From: Haliotis rubra
Taxonomy: Eukaryota
DNA: 64,000 nucleotides
NCBI RefSeq assembly: GCF_003918875.1
Contig: NW_025765499.1
Coordinates: forward strand, 1-64,000
Direction: 5' to 3'
Shown here: positions 39,650 to 51,200 of the stretch, one piece after another
Layout of the letters: each line of letters begins with the position of its first letter
Numbering within the stretch: position 1 is the first letter of the stretch
The notes under the pieces: generated by a model
The model's database searches: none
What the model was told of the DNA's origin: nothing
The model's input: only the letters and a program-made list of their open reading frames with translations
Made by a program: the position numbers and the translations under genes

Positions 39650-39850
39650 ACCGCGGTGGCTGAGCAGTCTAGGCGGCTGACTTGTGTGCTGGCGTTTAGG
39701 TGCCTAACTCTGAGGGTGTGGGTTCGAATCCCGGATGGGACTCAACCCAAAAAGTACTAGAATCTGTACTTTACTAAAGAAAGTTTAAGCCCAAATATAA
39801 CATATGTTACATTTAACCACTTTCTAAAATGGCATTGTGCATTTCATTTT
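39650..39850 (+). mobile_element. tRNA-derived SINE (family D)
   Basis: A box TGGCTGAGCAGTCTAGG and B box GGTTCGAATCCC, no acceptor-stem pairing. A degenerate antisense copy lies at about 49225-49365. Confidence 0.55.
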
Positions 39851-39963
39851 TGGGGGGCAAAGCTGACTAAACAACCGTACGTGACATACACCAAGAATGG
39901 GAGGCGTCGAGCGCGGTGTAAATACTCCACTTACGATGATGTTATGAAACTTATTCACTCTCA

Positions 39964-40058
39964 GCACACACACACACACACGCACACACACACACACACA
40001 CACCCCACCACACACGCACCACACACACACACACGACACACACACGCAGTCTCACACA
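39964..40058. repeat. (CA)n microsatellite, interrupted
   Basis: Direct reading. Confidence 0.9.
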
Positions 40059-40546
40059 TATAATTTTGACACAAACTAAGCCCCCACCACACCACCTCGA
40101 GACCCATTAAAACATTTAGGGCTTTAGGGTGAGAGGTACTCAGGGAAGAACAAGGCCTTTAAATTCATGCCTAACATGACAGGCCGTCGAAACCAGTGTA
40201 GCATAGGGGAATGCTGGGACCACACAAAGGGGCACTTTGACATGACCCCCAGCCGTCGTCTGCATGAGCAAGCCCACAAGCGACATGAGCGAAGACTGTA
40301 TTGTACAGACAGGGCATGTGTTTTACCACCATTGAAGGATATAGGTTCAAGCGGGCGATTGTTTGAACATAGATAACGTGTTTTTCAGCAGGGGGATAGT
40401 GGAGGACGGGGAAGGGGAAAGTGAAACACAAATAATATAGACTGACTCAAAGAGTGTACATTGCTTCGTTCGCAGAGCCCATGAACGAAAAAAGGCGAGA
40501 GACCTTCGACCCCAAATTACTGGTGAGCCGGTTGTCCGCGATGTGG

Positions 40547-40734
40547 GTCACGTGTTTAAGTCACGTGGTTGCAGAGCGGACGGGTCTGTGTGAGCAGTGA
40601 CACACTTTCAAGCAGACGACTTAGGCTTGTAAACACGAAGCGGGTGAGTATATGTTCGCTATAGACATGTAGAACTAGTTCATGAACTGGACGTTATGCA
40701 AGGATAGCCATATAAATGTTTCACATATTGCGTG
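40547..40734 (+). promoter_or_regulatory. Putative CYP promoter / 5' non-coding exon region
   Basis: Two GTCACGTG E-boxes (CACGTG at 40549-54 and 40562-67), strong donor CGG|GTGAGT at 40644, TATAAA at 40711, XRE-type TTGCGTG at 40728-34. Candidate acceptors at 41190, 41226 and 41254. Confidence 0.4.
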
Positions 40735-40943
40735 CATGTTGGTGTGAATAAGAGTCGTTTAGCTGTACAGAAGTTATCTAACACCGATATATACTCATGA
40801 CACGGCGCCCCATCATGTCGGTGCATGCCCTGTTTACATAATATAGTTATATAAGTTTTGTAACCTCGAAGGCGAACATTGCAAGGATCGCCTTGACAAC
40901 GATTTCCAATGCCTTAAATACTCATGAACACCTGCAGATTAAT

Positions 40944-41098
40944 AATGAGGACAATTGTATGAATATACAACTTCTTTATTCTGTATAGGGGTCATTTCGA
41001 CATAGATTCTAATGTCGTTGACAAGCACATTAGAATCGATGTCCAAACGTCGCCTATACAGAATAAAGAAGTTGTATAACCATAAAATTGTCCTCATT
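40944..41098. mobile_element. Penelope-derived palindrome with mutated hammerhead cores
   Basis: Arms AATGAGGACAATT..TATACAACTTCTTTATTCTGTATAGG / CCTATACAGAATAAAGAAGTTGTATA..AATTGTCCTCATT. Minus strand reads TTGTCAA-C-GACAT(loop)ATGTC-GAAAT. Confidence 0.65.
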
Positions 41099-41258
41099 CT
41101 TCATCGCCTCAACTTCTAGAATGCCAATCAAAGAAACCTGCAAGTTATACAAACATATTATACATAACTTATACATAATCTTTACTTCAGATGGGTTTTG
41201 TCTAAAACATGCATATATTTCTTCAGATTCAGACGAAGTTTCATCTTACTTCAGAACC

Positions 41259-42791
41259 ATGGTAGGGCAACACTCGTCAGCAGGAGGCATGGCAGCATTA
41301 GTTTCCTCAATGGAGATCCAGGTTGCAGTGGCCACGTTTATTGCGTCCTTCGCAACTATCAAGTTATTCAGATACTTTCAAAGTAATAACAACGCAGCCC
41401 CTGGACCGTGGGGATACCCAGTCCTCGGCCATCTGCCTCTCCTGGGAACTGAGCCTCACGTCACCTTCCAAAAGCTACGAATGAAATTCGGGGATGTTTT
41501 CCGCATTCAACTAGGCACCTGGCCAGCTCTCGTAATCAATGGCAAGAAAGCAATTAAGGAGGCCTTAGTGGAACAAGGTGACGCATTCTCTGGACGACCG
41601 CAGTTCTACACAACGTCATCGTCTGTCCTTTATGATGGTCAAGGTGTAAGCTTTAGTCAGTTCAGTCAGGACTATTTACGACACAGAAAAATGGCCAATA
41701 AAGTCCTTGCAACTTTCGCAAATGCCAAATCCAATCCAATGGAAGAGGCTATTCACCGAGAGATAGATACAGTTGTTGACTCATTTGCTTCCAAAAGAGG
41801 AACAAGTTTCTGTCCGCACGATGACGTGTTTCTTGCTGCGGGAAGTATCATATACCAGATCTGCTATGGTCGCCAGGAAGACATCAGAGAAAGGACGGAC
41901 TTCACAGACTTCATCCTGCAATCTAAAGAGTTCACTGAGACAGTATCGACAGGAAATCCAATTGACATATTTCCCTGGCTCCGATTTGTGATCCCATGGA
42001 CATTGACTAATTTTCGCCGGTTAATCAAGAAATTCATTGAGTCGCGTAAGAAAAAAGTGGAGGAACATGTGACTACCTTTGATCGTAATCACCTCCGTGA
42101 CGCTACTGATGGGTTTGTAGACATCGTTGACAGCAACAGCGAGGACGTGCAGGTGTTGGGTAGTGCTCGGATCTTTTCAACAATTGACGATTTGTTTGGT
42201 GCAGGGTTTGGAACGGTGGCTACCACCATGGAGTGGGCGACCATGTACATGGCTGACAATCCACAGGTTCAGGCTAAGGTACAGCAGGAGATTGACGACG
42301 TTGTGGGGCCGTCTCGGAGACCAACGTTAGAAGACCGCGGAAAGATGGTGTACACCGAAGCCTGCATACACGAAATCATGCGCATCACTGCACTAGCTCC
42401 TCTATCACTACCGCATTATACTACAACTGACATCACGTTTCAAGGATACAGCGTAAAAAAGGACACCGTCGTCTTCATCAACCTCTACTCCATGAGCCAC
42501 GACCCTGACGTGTGGGGCGACCCGGAAGTGTTCCGTCCTGAACGTTTCCTGGACTCTTCCGGGCAGATCAACAAAGCTCTGCTGGAGGAGTTCCTGCCGT
42601 TTGCTACTGGAAGGCGGAAGTGCCTTGGAGAGTTCTTGGGCAGGATGGAAATATTCCTGTTCTTTACTGGTCTGTTGCAGAAGTGCTCCTTCAGCAGACC
42701 TCCAGAAGTTGCGGAATACGACTATGGGGTTGGTGTTGGGTTCGTTCGAAACCCGAAGCCATTTGACGTTCAGGTCACATTGCGATATTAG
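41259..42791 (+). CDS. Cytochrome P450, clan 2, CYP1-like; single coding exon, 510 aa
   Basis: Kozak ACCATGG at 41259, TM anchor, PGPWGYPVLGHL..LG..PH, EALVEQGDAFSGRP, I-helix DLFGAGFGTVATT, EIMR, PERF, heme motif FATGRRKCLG. Confidence 0.93.
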   Translation: MVGQHSSAGGMAALVSSMEIQVAVATFIASFATIKLFRYFQSNNNAAPGPWGYPVLGHLPLLGTEPHVTFQKLRMKFGDVFRIQLGTWPALVINGKKAIKEALVEQGDAFSGRPQFYTTSSSVLYDGQGVSFSQFSQDYLRHRKMANKVLATFANAKSNPMEEAIHREIDTVVDSFASKRGTSFCPHDDVFLAAGSIIYQICYGRQEDIRERTDFTDFILQSKEFTETVSTGNPIDIFPWLRFVIPWTLTNFRRLIKKFIESRKKKVEEHVTTFDRNHLRDATDGFVDIVDSNSEDVQVLGSARIFSTIDDLFGAGFGTVATTMEWATMYMADNPQVQAKVQQEIDDVVGPSRRPTLEDRGKMVYTEACIHEIMRITALAPLSLPHYTTTDITFQGYSVKKDTVVFINLYSMSHDPDVWGDPEVFRPERFLDSSGQINKALLEEFLPFATGRRKCLGEFLGRMEIFLFFTGLLQKCSFSRPPEVAEYDYGVGVGFVRNPKPFDVQVTLRY

Positions 42792-42884
42792 CCATTATGA
42801 CCTTGAAATCATGGATGTTTGTCACGGTAGAGATTAGTGGTGTTGAGCACTTTAATACACTAAACATGACAATACGTGGTGTAG

Positions 42885-43022
42885 AGGGACACGTTTAATG
42901 GATAGACAACTTCTTTATTGCAATAGATGCGATGTTTCGATGTAGAACACCGTTATCAAGCATGTGATGATAACGTCGATCTATTGCAACAAAGAAGTTG
43001 TTTATCCATAACAAATGTTCCT
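42885..43022. mobile_element. Penelope-derived palindrome in the CYP 3' region
   Basis: ATGGATAGACAACTTCTTTATTGCAATAGAT / ATCTATTGCAACAAAGAAGTTGTTTATCCAT. Confidence 0.65.
42927..42963 (-). ncRNA. Minimal type I hammerhead ribozyme motif, U3-A8 variant
   Basis: Minus strand ATGC-TTGATAA-C-GGTGT(TCT)ACATC-GAAAC-ATC-GCAT, with stem I ATGC/GCAT and a 5-bp stem II. Confidence 0.55.
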
Positions 43023-43589
43023 ATTCATCATACCAGCTTGTAAATGCCACTTAAACAAGTAATGCATGGTGTACATACGACTTAATGGGAATACATGTTG
43101 GTTTCCTTTACGAAGATTTCTATTCATTTTTTATAGTTTAGGTTATAGTATGATTGCTTAAATTTAGATTTGTTTTCGTGTACTGGTAAAACCATTTCGT
43201 TTCATTCAGTCATACCTTCAGCATGAGATGTTGATAAATACACAATAGATTTTGGCAATTGTTATGCACCGACATAATATGGCAGATGCATTATGATGTA
43301 TTTTGACAGTCATGTACATAATAGTTTTAAGTCCTTTAACAATATTCATGCCTAACATGCCCTTTGATGGATATTTGTATGTTAACAGTTACTATCAGAG
43401 CTGCAGAAATACTATTTTTCATGTGTACTAATGAATGCTTTCTCTATCAAAACTTAAGGGTGGATAGATAGGGTCACCACATTATTATGTGCCCTCCTTT
43501 AACCTGATATGGTTGGAGCATCGGCCTTTTCTCCTAATTAAAGGCAGCACTTCACACGCACTCTTTGCACAAGCAATACGTTTGTCTTG

Positions 43590-43797
43590 TGTTGCTGTAA
43601 GAGGCGACTAACGGGATCGGTAGGTCAGCCTTCCTGGCTTGGTTGACACATGTCATCGTGTCCCAATTGTGTAAATCCATGCTCATGCTGTTGATCACTG
43701 GATTGTCTTGTCTCGATTGACTCGATTATTTCCAGACCGCCGCCATATAGCTGGAATATCGCTGAGAGCGGCGCAAAATTAAACTCACTCACTCACT
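43590..43797 (+). mobile_element. SINE family C
   Basis: GTAAGAGGCGACTAACGGGATCGG...GCTGGAATAT...AAACTCACTCACTCACT. Confidence 0.75.
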
Positions 43798-44434
43798 CTT
43801 GTGTTGGAATTCAACATCTTCTCATGTCTGGCAAATTTACGCTTGATTGGCTTGGCGACGCTTTATGTCTACGTCCTATTGCCATTTCGTGTGGTTATTA
43901 TTACACATAGAATAAATATTCTCACCCCGTAACCAGTGTTCAGGAATATATTATATCCACTCAATATCTTAGATACAGTAACACAGTAGACAATAAGATT
44001 TACACCAAGTAGTCCCTGCCAGGGTATCGCATCTGCATACTTATCCCATCATGGTACCCAGAGACAGAACTGGTTCATCGCATTATAACACTATCCATAT
44101 TATCATAATCAATTGTCTTTTCTGCATATTTCGTACCTCCTCATTTGTACATAGATTTGCATTGTGCAATTATTCGTGTATTTGTCATGTTTTTAGTGAT
44201 AAATAGTTTTCAACATGAGTATTCTTGTTCTTGCTTTCAGGCAACAGTTTTCCGATTGGTCTGTTTTCTGTCCGTGGTCTGTCAAAACCATCTATTCCCT
44301 TTTCGTGCATTTTGAAAATCCTTCTCACGTCCGTTTATTCCCGACAACGATAGCGGTCAGTGTGTCTGTGAAACCAGTGAAGTTGTCACGACAAAAAAAA
44401 ACATACATTCAAAATACATGCATGATTACGATAG

Positions 44435-44640
44435 TATAGTCCGTTTGATTTCATTATAGACCTATGAATTGCTCAATAACACAAAATCTAATAATTGCAC
44501 AAAACCAAATTTTGCACAGTCACATGAAATCGAGAGACTAACTCTGGTGATTTGTATCATAATTTTGGACACCCGAATAAAAAATGTTGGTTTAACAACC
44601 GTCGTTCAAATTGGAGTTATAATTCCAAAACTGTTCACAT
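44435..44640 (+). mobile_element. One arm of the palindromic MITE family seen at 63317-63995
   Basis: TATAGTCCGTTTGA..AACACAAAATCTAATAATTGC..GCACAGTCACATGAAATCG..CATAATTTTGGACACCCGAATAAAAAA. Confidence 0.7.
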
Positions 44641-44936
44641 ATTAACACATGTCGACACCGCCGTGTTCAACTGATATTTCCATAGATTCGATACCTGTTG
44701 ATTTCTCATATGGAATCGGCCATGTTATCCAAAACAGTAGGTATATATCCTAAACATGCCATGGGACTGAATGGAGCTCAATATAGATATACCCTCGATA
44801 AGTAGTTTGTCATAAAACTAGTGAGGGTCAACACGGAGGACATTTACATCGTCTACAAAAATATTATGTTTTGATTCGGAAATGTTCCAGTTTCATTCTG
44901 GTGAAAGAGCATTGGAGACCGTAATTTATGGCCTAT

Positions 44937-44937
44937 G

Positions 44938-44968
<31 letters not shown>

Positions 44969-44985
44969 CGTGCGTGCGTGTGTGT
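44937..44985. repeat. (TG)n/(TGCG)n microsatellite
   Basis: Direct reading. Confidence 0.9.
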
Positions 44986-45336
44986 GGAGGGGGGATTTTA
45001 TGGAAAGGTCAGCCATTTTGTTCTCGCCCAGAAGAACTTCTCGGGAGGTGTGTGTGGGGGGTGGGGGATGGTTAATTAATTCTGTACATATGTACTAGAG
45101 GGGAGTGAGCAACCTTTTACAAAAAAATATGAATTGATTTTGTTCATGACATGTAGGGAGAACAGTTCCCCTGAAGGTTGTTTGTTTGTTGTTTAACGCC
45201 ACACTCAGCAACATTTCAGCAACATGGCGGCGGTCTTCTGGAATTAAATGAGTCTGGACCAGACAATCAATATCATGAGCATCGATCTACACAATTGGGA
45301 TAAGATATGTGTCAACAAAGTCAGCGAGCCTCACCT

Positions 45337-45661
45337 CCAGAGCCCCCTTTCGTAGCGCTACGACTGTCGTAAGTCTACAGTATGTTAAAGTATGGGAGTT
45401 ACGATCACCTTAGCGCTACGACTGTCGTGAGTCTATGTTCAAGTATTGGAGATACGATCACCTTAGCGCTACGACTGTCGTAAGTCTATGTTCAAGTATG
45501 GGAGTTACGATCACCTTAGCGCTACGACTGTCGTAAGTCTATGTTCAAGTATGGGAGTTACAATCACCTTAGCGCTACGACTGTCGTAAGTCTACAGTAT
45601 GTTAAAGTGTGGGAGTTACGATCGTCTTAGGGTTACGATTGCTTTGAGGAACGGCGTCCTG
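45337..45661. repeat. MITE with internal 53-bp tandem array (about 5 copies), nested in a SINE C
   Basis: Unit TAGCGCTACGACTGTCGTAAGTCTATGTTCAAGTATGGGAGTTACGATCACCT at 45411, 45464, 45517 and 45570. SINE C sequence resumes on both sides. Confidence 0.8.
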
Positions 45662-46004
45662 TTCCTGTTAGTCGCCCCTTACGACAGGCATGGGTTACTG
45701 AAGACCACTTTTAACCCGGATCTTCATGGGTACTCCCATGAAGGACCAAATCACAGACATCGCAATTGTTATTCTGTACATAAACAACTCAAAGGGTTTA
45801 AGAAAAAAATATTATATTCCAGATAAATCACGGTAGATTGTAAATAATCGAGACTGGACAAGACAATCCAGTGATAGAAATCATGAGCATCAATGTATGG
45901 AACTGGGACACGATGACATGCATCAACCAAGTCAGTGAACCTGGCCACATGATCATTCACCTCTTGTGACAAACATGGGTAGCTGAAGATCAATCCTATC
46001 CGGG

Positions 46005-46359
46005 GTGAGGTGAGGTGAGGTGAAATTGGGTGTTACCTCGTACTTGAGAATATTTTGCTCACATGACGACGTGCATGCGTGTGTATGTGCGGCTGCTTGT
46101 ACTAGCCCAGACTTAAGCTTGTTTTATAGTGCCAGCTCACTGAGATACCATGCCGCAGTGAAGCATGAATACCCCCCTCAGATACATTATACTGACTCCA
46201 AGCCGACCAGTCCTTGTTGTACCCATAAATGCCGAGCACCAGACAGAGACCAACAAGTACCATATTTTAACGTCTTTTGGTATGACGCGACCGGGGATCG
46301 AACCCGCGACCTTGCGCTCTCCGGGCAGAGGCTCTAACCACTACACCACGGAGGCAGTC
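46005..46359 (-). mobile_element. Full-length SINE family A nested in SINE C
   Basis: Perfect 15-bp TSD TCAATCCTATCCGGG (45990-46004 / 46360-46374). Confidence 0.9.
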
Positions 46360-48242
46360 TCAATCCTATCCGGGATCTTTACAGTATATTGTGTATGCAC
46401 TAAATGTATTTGTGAGGAACACATCCCTAGAGATACAAACATGACACGCTTTAATCAATGAATTCTTTTATTAAAAACAAATCATCAGTATTTGACAACA
46501 TGACATAAAGGTAACATCACTGGGAGAGCATTTTATATAAACACATATGTATCAATTTCAAACATGCAGAACCTTCACAATGGGTACTGGTTGTCACGAA
46601 CCACAACATTCCTCAATATTAGTATCTTGAAAGTGAATTGGATTGACAATATCATCTGAGTGAGTGACTGAGTTTAGGTTTTTTTCGCTGCTTGTAGCAA
46701 TATTCCAGCAATATCACGGTGTGGGACACCAGAAATGGCTTCACACGGATTGACAATATCAAAATACACTTATGTAGATTACATCTAATGCTTGCATTAT
46801 GAGACCTAATACATGTTTATTTGATATATTTATCTGAAAAGGGTGAATGATTACCAATCAGTGTCAGACTAGTGGGATCTGTAGGTTGAGGTGAAGTGGT
46901 TGTTTCAAATACGTATGGTTGTTTCATCAACCACCATGTGAGTTCGTTATGGATTATCCCCATAAATTGTGTAATTTTAAACCAAACCAGATATTCATCA
47001 TACAGTGAGTGAGTTAGTTTAGTTTTACTCCGCTTTTAGCAATATTCCAACAATATCAAGGAGGACACCAGAAATAGGCTTCACACATTGTACCCATGTG
47101 AGAGTGAGTACCCATGTGAGAAACGTTCCTAAGTCTTCAGCATGACAACCACTTGGCTACCCACCAACCCCTGTATACTTCATGGAGGAAACATATCAAG
47201 ACACAGTTACCCAACAATTAGCCTGGCCTGACTGACTGAAATGAGCACATGCCCTCAAAACCAAAGATACATAAAGACAGTATTTTACAAAGACAGATGA
47301 CCAGATCCTGGAAGGGACAGAACTCTGTGGGGCAACTTGCACCAACACAGACCAACACCACATTGACTGATATTTGTCATTTTTATCACCTTAAAGCTCC
47401 CGAAGATGCTTGACAATCAAATGATCAAACATGTCCTCAAGAAATACGTAACCTCTATGCTGCATCTATAACTAACCTTCCATCAATTAACTTGTCTTTT
47501 ATAACTAAGGATTCTTCCATGCACATAAACATTCTATCAGTCAATGAGAACTGATGGTTCTAAATTATCAACCAAAACCATTAAATGGCTATTTATCTGA
47601 ATTCTTTCTTTTGAAAACAAATATATTCTGGGTGTTCTGAAAGCCACATATTATATATCCTATTGTTTCTGATGCAAATGGTATCTTTCTGAGACTGTTA
47701 TTTTGTTACAAATGAAAACAAGGTGGTTAAGAAATAAAACCATCTTGATTCATGAAGCTTACAGATCAAAGTGTTACAGACGCCCATATTCTTCATTTGG
47801 AATGAAGAGTCCAAGTCTATTGAGGGTTAACCTGAGGCAACCTCACATGATTCGAAAACTAAACATCTGATTCGTATTAGACTGTTATTTTTTACGAATC
47901 ACATTCTTTGTTAAATCTTAATTCATACTCAATTTAAAAAGCATGATTACGAGTTGTCAGACGTATTTCTTGATTAATTTTGATGGTAAGAAAATATTCA
48001 TAAGCAACCAAATGAAAAACAAATCTTTCTTGTGATGGAACTAAGATGGACAGTATGGATGATCATAAAAAATGATTATAATGTTGAGCTCCAATGAGAC
48101 TGATGAATCATATATACAACTGTCATTCTTCATCCACCCTGGGAACACTGGGTATTGTTGCCACTGTACAGGGAGCCAGCAGCCAAGGTAACTTGCTTAA
48201 AGACAGGCATAGCACAGACGATACTTTCCTCACAACCACTCT

Positions 48243-48286
48243 TCATTGATAATACAGCTCAAGGTTCATCCCATCGTGAATTTCAT
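48243..48286 (-). CDS. UBL5: UBL5 last coding exon ((Y)[13 protein letters not shown])
   Basis: Acceptor TACCTTAACATACACCAAG| then AT GAA ATT CAC..TAT TAT CAA TGA. Confidence 0.95.
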
Positions 48287-51200
48287 CTTGGTGTATGTTA
48301 AGGTAAATGGCTTGGCTTGCTGGAATAATTATATAATTAATTAATTTGATTACGTAAATTTAAACCAAACATGGATGTAGCCAGATTGTCCTAACTACTT
48401 CTTGGGCTTGCATAGACCATGAATACATGCAGATGCAATGCACTGCAGCAAAATTGTTTCATGAAAAATTCAAGCCAGCAATTTTGTGCACCCCTCTGAC
48501 AAGTGTAAACTGGCACAGATCCAAAGGGTTATGCTAACACGCAAAAGTAACATGTTGTATTTGTGAATACACTTTCTCGGGGAAATACAGATTTAGTGGT
48601 TTAGGGGGTTGAATCTCATCAGGGGTTTGAAGCCACCTAATCACCAGCACACAAATCAGCGATCTCGCCGAACCCGCCACCACTGCTTTCACTCAAGTTT
48701 AAGTCTGACAACTGGAACACAAACCTTCCGTATCCCTCTGACAAGTGTACATTGGTGTAAATTACTGAAGCTATGAACACACAAGGCCTTTTCAAATGTT
48801 GTCAAATGTAAATTCTTTGAGTGGCATTTTAGAAGTTGGGAAGTACAATATAGAACAAACTTTATGGATAACAACTTCTTTTTATTCGAGAGTGAGACGT
48901 TTCGATACAGATTCTTGTACAGATGCACTCATCCACCAAGCCCAATCTACTGTATAAACTCTGCTGTATAAACATCTCATTATTATTTGTACATCATTGG
49001 CTTCCACGCCTGTCCTTTGTCTACTCTCTGGCTTCATCAGCTTTCTGCCTAGCCAATTATGTTAATTATGTTGTTTTCTTTGTTACATTGTTACATCCAG
49101 TATATATATACTTCCCCCTTCTTCATGTTCCATTATGCTTGACAACAGTACAAGAATCTGTATCGAAACGTCGCACTCACGAATAAAGAGAAGTTGTTAT
49201 CCATAAAGTTTGTTCTATATTGTCAGATGTAACATGTCACATTTTGGGATTACACTTTCTCAGTATTCTAGTACAAATTCCAGTACATTTGGGGGGGTAA
49301 GTCCCATCCTGGAGTCAAACGTATACTCTGAGAATGAGGCATGATGAATAACAGCTTCAAGAGGCAGGATGAAAGTGAGTGAGCAGATTTATTTATCTCA
49401 GAGTCATTCAGCTGGTTTTCATGCCACTTTTATGCATATTTCAGCAATATCACGGGAACTAGGCTTCACATATTGTATCCAAGCTGGGGACAAACTTCTG
49501 TGGGGTATGCTTCACACCTGGATCACCACCACTCCTACAGCATTACCATTTGACAGGATGGGCTAGGTTATTCGTTGAAATGTTTCTCATATAGGAAAGG
49601 ATACAATCGCCTAGCGTCACATGGTCCTTGAAGATTGTGTACCTGAAACCAAAAACAGTGTTAATGTTTAACAAGCAATAGAGGTACTGATGATCCACAG
49701 TTCAGTGGAAAATTTGTCATTCCGATTTTGGCAGAGTATGTGAGTGGCACACCCCTGGGTGCCATTGTACAAAGCAATCTTAGCACTAAGATGACAGAAA
49801 CTCCCATATCGTAACATAGATTTACACTAGACTTATTGCTTGGGTTGTTTCGTACAACGGTACCCTGGTCATTAACTGCTGCATTAACCCACAGTCCGAT
49901 TAAGGGAGATGACTCGGAAAGGACAAATCCCTCGTTGGTCATATCCAGAATATAATCCAGATCTATCAAAATGCTAAAGTCTTTTTCAATACAGCATGCA
50001 TTTCAATAAATGCATATAGTTCCCTGCCATTATTAGAACAAACAGCATACAACACCAAAATGACAGATACATTGCTGTGATATTATAGTAGTAACTAATC
50101 TTGAGGTGACTTTATTGAAAACAAAACGCAGGTGATGCAGGTGTGAGACATTTACCACTCTGCTGAAACCAACAGGCCTGGTGATTGTAAACCTTTAAAC
50201 AACCTAGCCCACAATCACAGGTTTCTGGTACGTCAATAGGCTGCAACTATACACTTCAAATTGTATCACCGCAGATAATTGGGTGAACCAATGACATTTA
50301 CGAGGCCAGGATAGACCCTGAAAAAAACTAATATAATGAGGGCCCATGAGGTATTTGATCTCCAATTACTCCAAACCATTGGACGCTGGGACATGTTAGG
50401 AAGACAAATGAGTGAGTGAGTAAATAGCAAAGTGTGGTGTCACCCAGCGTTTCTTCAAAGCAGCCTGTGAATCTCTGTCGCTATCACAACAGGTGAAGGT
50501 GTGAGTGAATACTGAAGGCTGCAGTCACCCAGCGTTATCACAGCAGCCTGTGAATCTCTGTCTCATCATGTGCTATCACAACAGGTGAAGGTGTGAGTGA
50601 ATACTGAAGGCTGCAGTCACCCAGCGTTATCACAGCAGCCTGTGAATCTCTGTCTCACCATGTGCTATCACAACAGGTGAAGGTGTGAGTGAATACTGAA
50701 GGCTGCTGTCACCCAGCGTTATCACAGCAGCCTGTGAATCTCTGTCTCACCATGTGCTATCACAACAGGTGAAGGTGTGAGTGAATACTGAAGGCTGCTG
50801 TCACCCAGCGTTATCACAGCAGCCTGTGAATCTCTGTCTCACCATGTGCTATCACAACAGGTGAAGGTGTGAGTGAATGCTGAAAGGCTGCAGTCACCCC
50901 AGCGTTATCACAGCAGCCTGTGAATCTTTGTCTCACCATGTGCTATCGCAACAGGTGAAGGTGTGCAGTGAATGCTGAGAGGCTGCTGTCACCCAGCGTT
51001 ATCACAGCAGCCTGTGAATCTTTGTCTCACCATATTGCTATCGCCCAACAGGTGAAGGTGTGAGTGAATACTGAAGGCTGCTGTCACCCAAGCGTTATCA
51101 CAGCAGCCTGTGAATCTCTGTCTCATCATGTGCTATCACAACAGGTGAAGGTGTGAGTGAATACTGAAGGCTGCTGTCTGCCAGCGTTATCACAGCAGCC

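Larger units (their letters stand above)
48287..49604 (-). other. U12-type GT-AG intron (UBL5 coding intron 3)
   Basis: 5'SS GTATCCTTT; branch site CCTTAAC with A at 48298, 12 nt from the 3' end; no polypyrimidine tract. Confidence 0.92.

Noticed and set aside
39650-39740. tRNA gene (also the tRNA-like heads at 1694, 2700, 18900 and 46290)
   Set aside because: A/B boxes are present but there is no acceptor stem or cloverleaf, and they continue into repeat bodies: SINE heads.
41088-41258. N-terminal 57 aa of the 567-aa CYP ORF
   Set aside because: Starts at a non-ATG codon inside a repeat. The first ATG in good Kozak context is 41259, preceded by splice acceptors.
49661-49969. 102-aa ORF or intronic snoRNA
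   Set aside because: No recognisable motif and no convincing C/D or H/ACA box arrangement.
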